A DNA stretch of 27,160 nt from an uncultured Gammaproteobacteria bacterium (GTDB lineage Bacteria; Patescibacteriota; Microgenomatia; CAZETR01; Amesbacteraceae), in NCBI GenBank assembly GCA_964360495.1, contig CAYHWU010000004.1:1-27160 (forward strand), in the 5' to 3' direction. The notes below the pieces were generated by a model. That model saw nothing but the letters and a program-made list of their open reading frames with translations, did no database searches and was not told the origin of the DNA. A program made the position numbers and the translations under genes. The stretch's first letter is position 1. Each line of letters begins with the position of its first letter. Positions 23,645 through 27,160 of the stretch are shown here, in pieces.

Positions 23645-23917
23645 TCATATTACGCCCATTGTCTTAAGCTTCTCCATCAACCACATTCGAGCCAGGGTAG
23701 ATGATTGGGTCCCCATGTCTTGAGCAATCGAATTGAGCTTAACTTTTAAAAGAGGCTGAAGACGAACAGTCAGAATACTCTCCTTTTTATTTTGAGCCTT
23801 AGAAAAATTTAATACCACTTTTTGCTTGGGGTCAAAATAATCAGTGGCGTCATGTGAGTCCCAAAATACCGCTTCTTGAGTATGTGATTTAAATTTTGGA
23901 ATTTTATTCTTAGTCAT
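23645..23917 (-). CDS. BrnA/CopG-type antitoxin, second copy
   Basis: 'IPKFKS..EAVFWDSHD..DYF' and 'LTVRLQP...LARMWLMEKL'. Confidence 0.85.
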   Translation of the reverse strand: MTKNKIPKFKSHTQEAVFWDSHDATDYFDPKQKVVLNFSKAQNKKESILTVRLQPLLKVKLNSIAQDMGTQSSTLARMWLMEKLKTMGVI

Positions 23918-24179
23918 TTTTGATCCACCCCCTTTCCTTACGGCTAGTGTCTCTAGCAGTAACTACATAAAATGTGTTTTTAGATTTTTGGACAAGAACT
24001 ATTGTTAGTAATCGTCCTTTAATAGTACGTTCTATAATTAAATAACGGTTTGAATAAGTTGACCATGCCGTTACTTTTTTCGAACAAATCGATTCAACTT
24101 CTTCTGTAGTTACCGAATGTTTTTGAATATGAGAGGAATTAAATTCGTCCCAAACCAACTCTTTTACTCGAATAATCAC
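23910..24179 (-). CDS. BrnT-family toxin, second copy (GTG start)
   Basis: LVWDEFNSSHIQKHSVT.EEVE...RYL...GRLLTIVL...VVTARD. Confidence 0.85.
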   Translation of the reverse strand: MIIRVKELVWDEFNSSHIQKHSVTTEEVESICSKKVTAWSTYSNRYLIIERTIKGRLLTIVLVQKSKNTFYVVTARDTSRKERGWIKND

Positions 24180-24214
24180 ATCTGAATTGTATTACTATGT
24201 AATACACTTGTCAA
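24180..24214 (-). promoter_or_regulatory. TA promoter TTGACA-17-TACAAT with an inverted-repeat operator
   Basis: Inverted repeat TGTATTAC (24188-24195)/GTAATACA (24199-24206); -10 six nt before GTG. Confidence 0.8.
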
Positions 24215-24234
24215 CTATTTATTCAAATTGCCTA

Positions 24235-24276
24235 TTGACAATGAAATGATTTTTTATTATTGTCATACAATGACAA
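24235..24276 (+). promoter_or_regulatory. Promoter TTGACA-17-TATTGT with inverted repeat TTGTCAT/ATGACAA over the start site
   Basis: -35 at 24235-24240, -10 at 24258-24263, ATG at 24270. Confidence 0.7.
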
Positions 24277-24512
24277 CTAATGAATTGTGGGTGGAAAGAC
24301 AAGCTGATCCTTTCTTAAATGCCGTAAGGCTAAGCAAAGTACTGCAAGGTTGAGTAGCACTCCGGCGGGTAATTTCTGACGAGCCGAGAAAACAACCAGC
24401 CCACAAAAATTGGTTGCCATTTGAGTCGGTCCCACTACTGCGGAGGCTCCATAACTTGGGAGAGTAGGTTAAGAGGAGGAGAGAAGTCTCCAAATCAAGA
24501 CATTTCTCCCCT
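24270..24512 (+). other. Unassigned transcript: 27-aa sORF (24270-24353) and/or structured RNA
   Basis: Strong promoter; long-range stem 24285-24294/24396-24406; GCC-GTAA-GGC hairpin; 3' hairpin 24477-24512. Confidence 0.4.
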
Positions 24513-24552
24513 GCTCACTATTGACTAACTTTGTGTATATTTTTGATGAGCA

Positions 24553-24990
24553 CTATTCCAATAGTCTGTCGGTAAAGTCATGAGGAAATTTAACCTTTAA
24601 TAACTCTGCTGCATCTTTTGGAGTAAACCATTCGTACTTAATATGTTCATCACTGATTTTGATTTCGACTCCATCTTTTACTTTTACTTTATAAACAAAC
24701 AGAGCAAGTCCTACCACGCCGTCTTCAGTCGGTATTTCAATATTTGCGATTGATGCATGAAAGAAAGAAAAATCCACCGTCTCTTTTATTCCAGTTTCCT
24801 CTAACATTTCCCTTTTTAGTGTTTCTTCAACACTTCCGCCTTGTTCTATTCTTCCTCCAGGAATGTCCCAATAAGCACCCAAATCTTTATTTTTTAGTTT
24901 ATCTACGTTAACCTGAAGCAACAATATTTTACCTTCCGAGTTTGTAATTAAGGCTTTAATTCCAATATGGAACTTCTTATGTTTATCCAT
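24553..24990 (-). CDS. NUDIX hydrolase
   Basis: WDIPGGRIEQGGSVEETLKREMLEETG; SDEH..YEW. Confidence 0.9.
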   Translation of the reverse strand: MDKHKKFHIGIKALITNSEGKILLLQVNVDKLKNKDLGAYWDIPGGRIEQGGSVEETLKREMLEETGIKETVDFSFFHASIANIEIPTEDGVVGLALFVYKVKVKDGVEIKISDEHIKYEWFTPKDAAELLKVKFPHDFTDRLLE

Positions 24991-25006
24991 TATGCTATTT
25001 TAGCAC

Positions 25007-26894
<1,888 letters not shown>

Positions 26895-26908
26895 ATTAAT
26901 CAACCGCT

Positions 26909-26937
26909 AGTTTACAAATCAATACAACTATTGTCAA
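26909..26937 (-). promoter_or_regulatory. groES promoter TTGACA-17-TAAACT
   Basis: -35 at 26932-26937, -10 at 26909-26914. Confidence 0.75.
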
Positions 26938-27050
26938 GACCCAGGATGAAAAAAGGCGTAGCCTAGACCGACTCGCTCAGAAGTCATCTTTGATTTCATA
27001 TATAAATATTGTAAAACAAACAGGATGTAATTTAAAATTTGAATGCCAAA

Positions 27051-27138
27051 ATACCTCACCCTCGATCCCTCTCCTACTTGGCTAAAGCGATTCGACAGAA
27101 TCGAATTAGGAGAGGGAAGCTTCAGCAGGGAGAGGTAT
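27051..27138. repeat. Gene-less copy B of the palindromic element
   Basis: Outer inverted repeat ATACCTCACCCT/AGGGAGAGGTAT (11/12); inner CCCTCTCCTA (27067-27076)/TAGGAGAGGG (27107-27116); nested CGATTC/GAATCG hairpin. Confidence 0.85.
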
Positions 27139-27160
27139 ACTGTTGGCAAATACTCTTTCA

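Noticed and set aside
24351-24353. UGA-to-Gly recoding (code 25) or selenocysteine
   Set aside because: UGA terminates clear genes here (e.g. the adenosyltransferase and the second antitoxin), and no SECIS or Sec-type context is evident.
24285-24410. RNase P RNA or c-di-GMP-I riboswitch resemblance (GGAAAG.., GCAAAG)
   Set aside because: No P4 complement is present and the GEMM GGCAAA/GAC core is missing; kept only as an unassigned RNA candidate.
26934-27149. 71-aa ORF upstream of groES
   Set aside because: It runs through the palindromic repeat and the groES promoter region and has no recognisable features.

Overview
This is a chromosomal segment of a reduced-genome bacterium, most likely Patescibacteria/Microgenomates. 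That assignment is inferred from gene content (standalone VirB4/HerA-like ATPase, DUF5667-type protein, tandem PBP1A, split transketolase, nrdJ) and the standard genetic code. Core genes are three tRNAs (an intron-containing initiator-like tRNA-CAT, an elongator tRNA-Met, and a rare tRNA-Ile-UAU), ftsB/divIC, an Xer-family recombinase, an nrdR-nrdJ-cobalamin adenosyltransferase unit with tandem NrdR boxes, two PBP1A genes, a sugar/pentose-phosphate operon and groES-groEL. Accessory content is three type II TA pairs, a HEPN RNase and a ~1.9-kb island flanked by a 28-bp direct repeat. The most notable signals are: (1) a DUF559 endonuclease gene enclosed by a palindromic repeat family (ACCTCACC..CCCTCTCC-loop-GGAGAGGG..GGTGAGGT) that also occurs twice as gene-less copies, resembling an autonomous/non-autonomous mobile pair; (2) a minimal 204-nt group I intron in a non-canonical initiator tRNA; (3) tRNA-Ile(UAU); (4) a -10 box exactly 6 nt before 16 start codons, suggesting pervasive leaderless mRNAs; (5) a promoter-driven, possibly structured RNA or small ORF at 24.27-24.51 kb. 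All family assignments come from motif recognition, not database searches.
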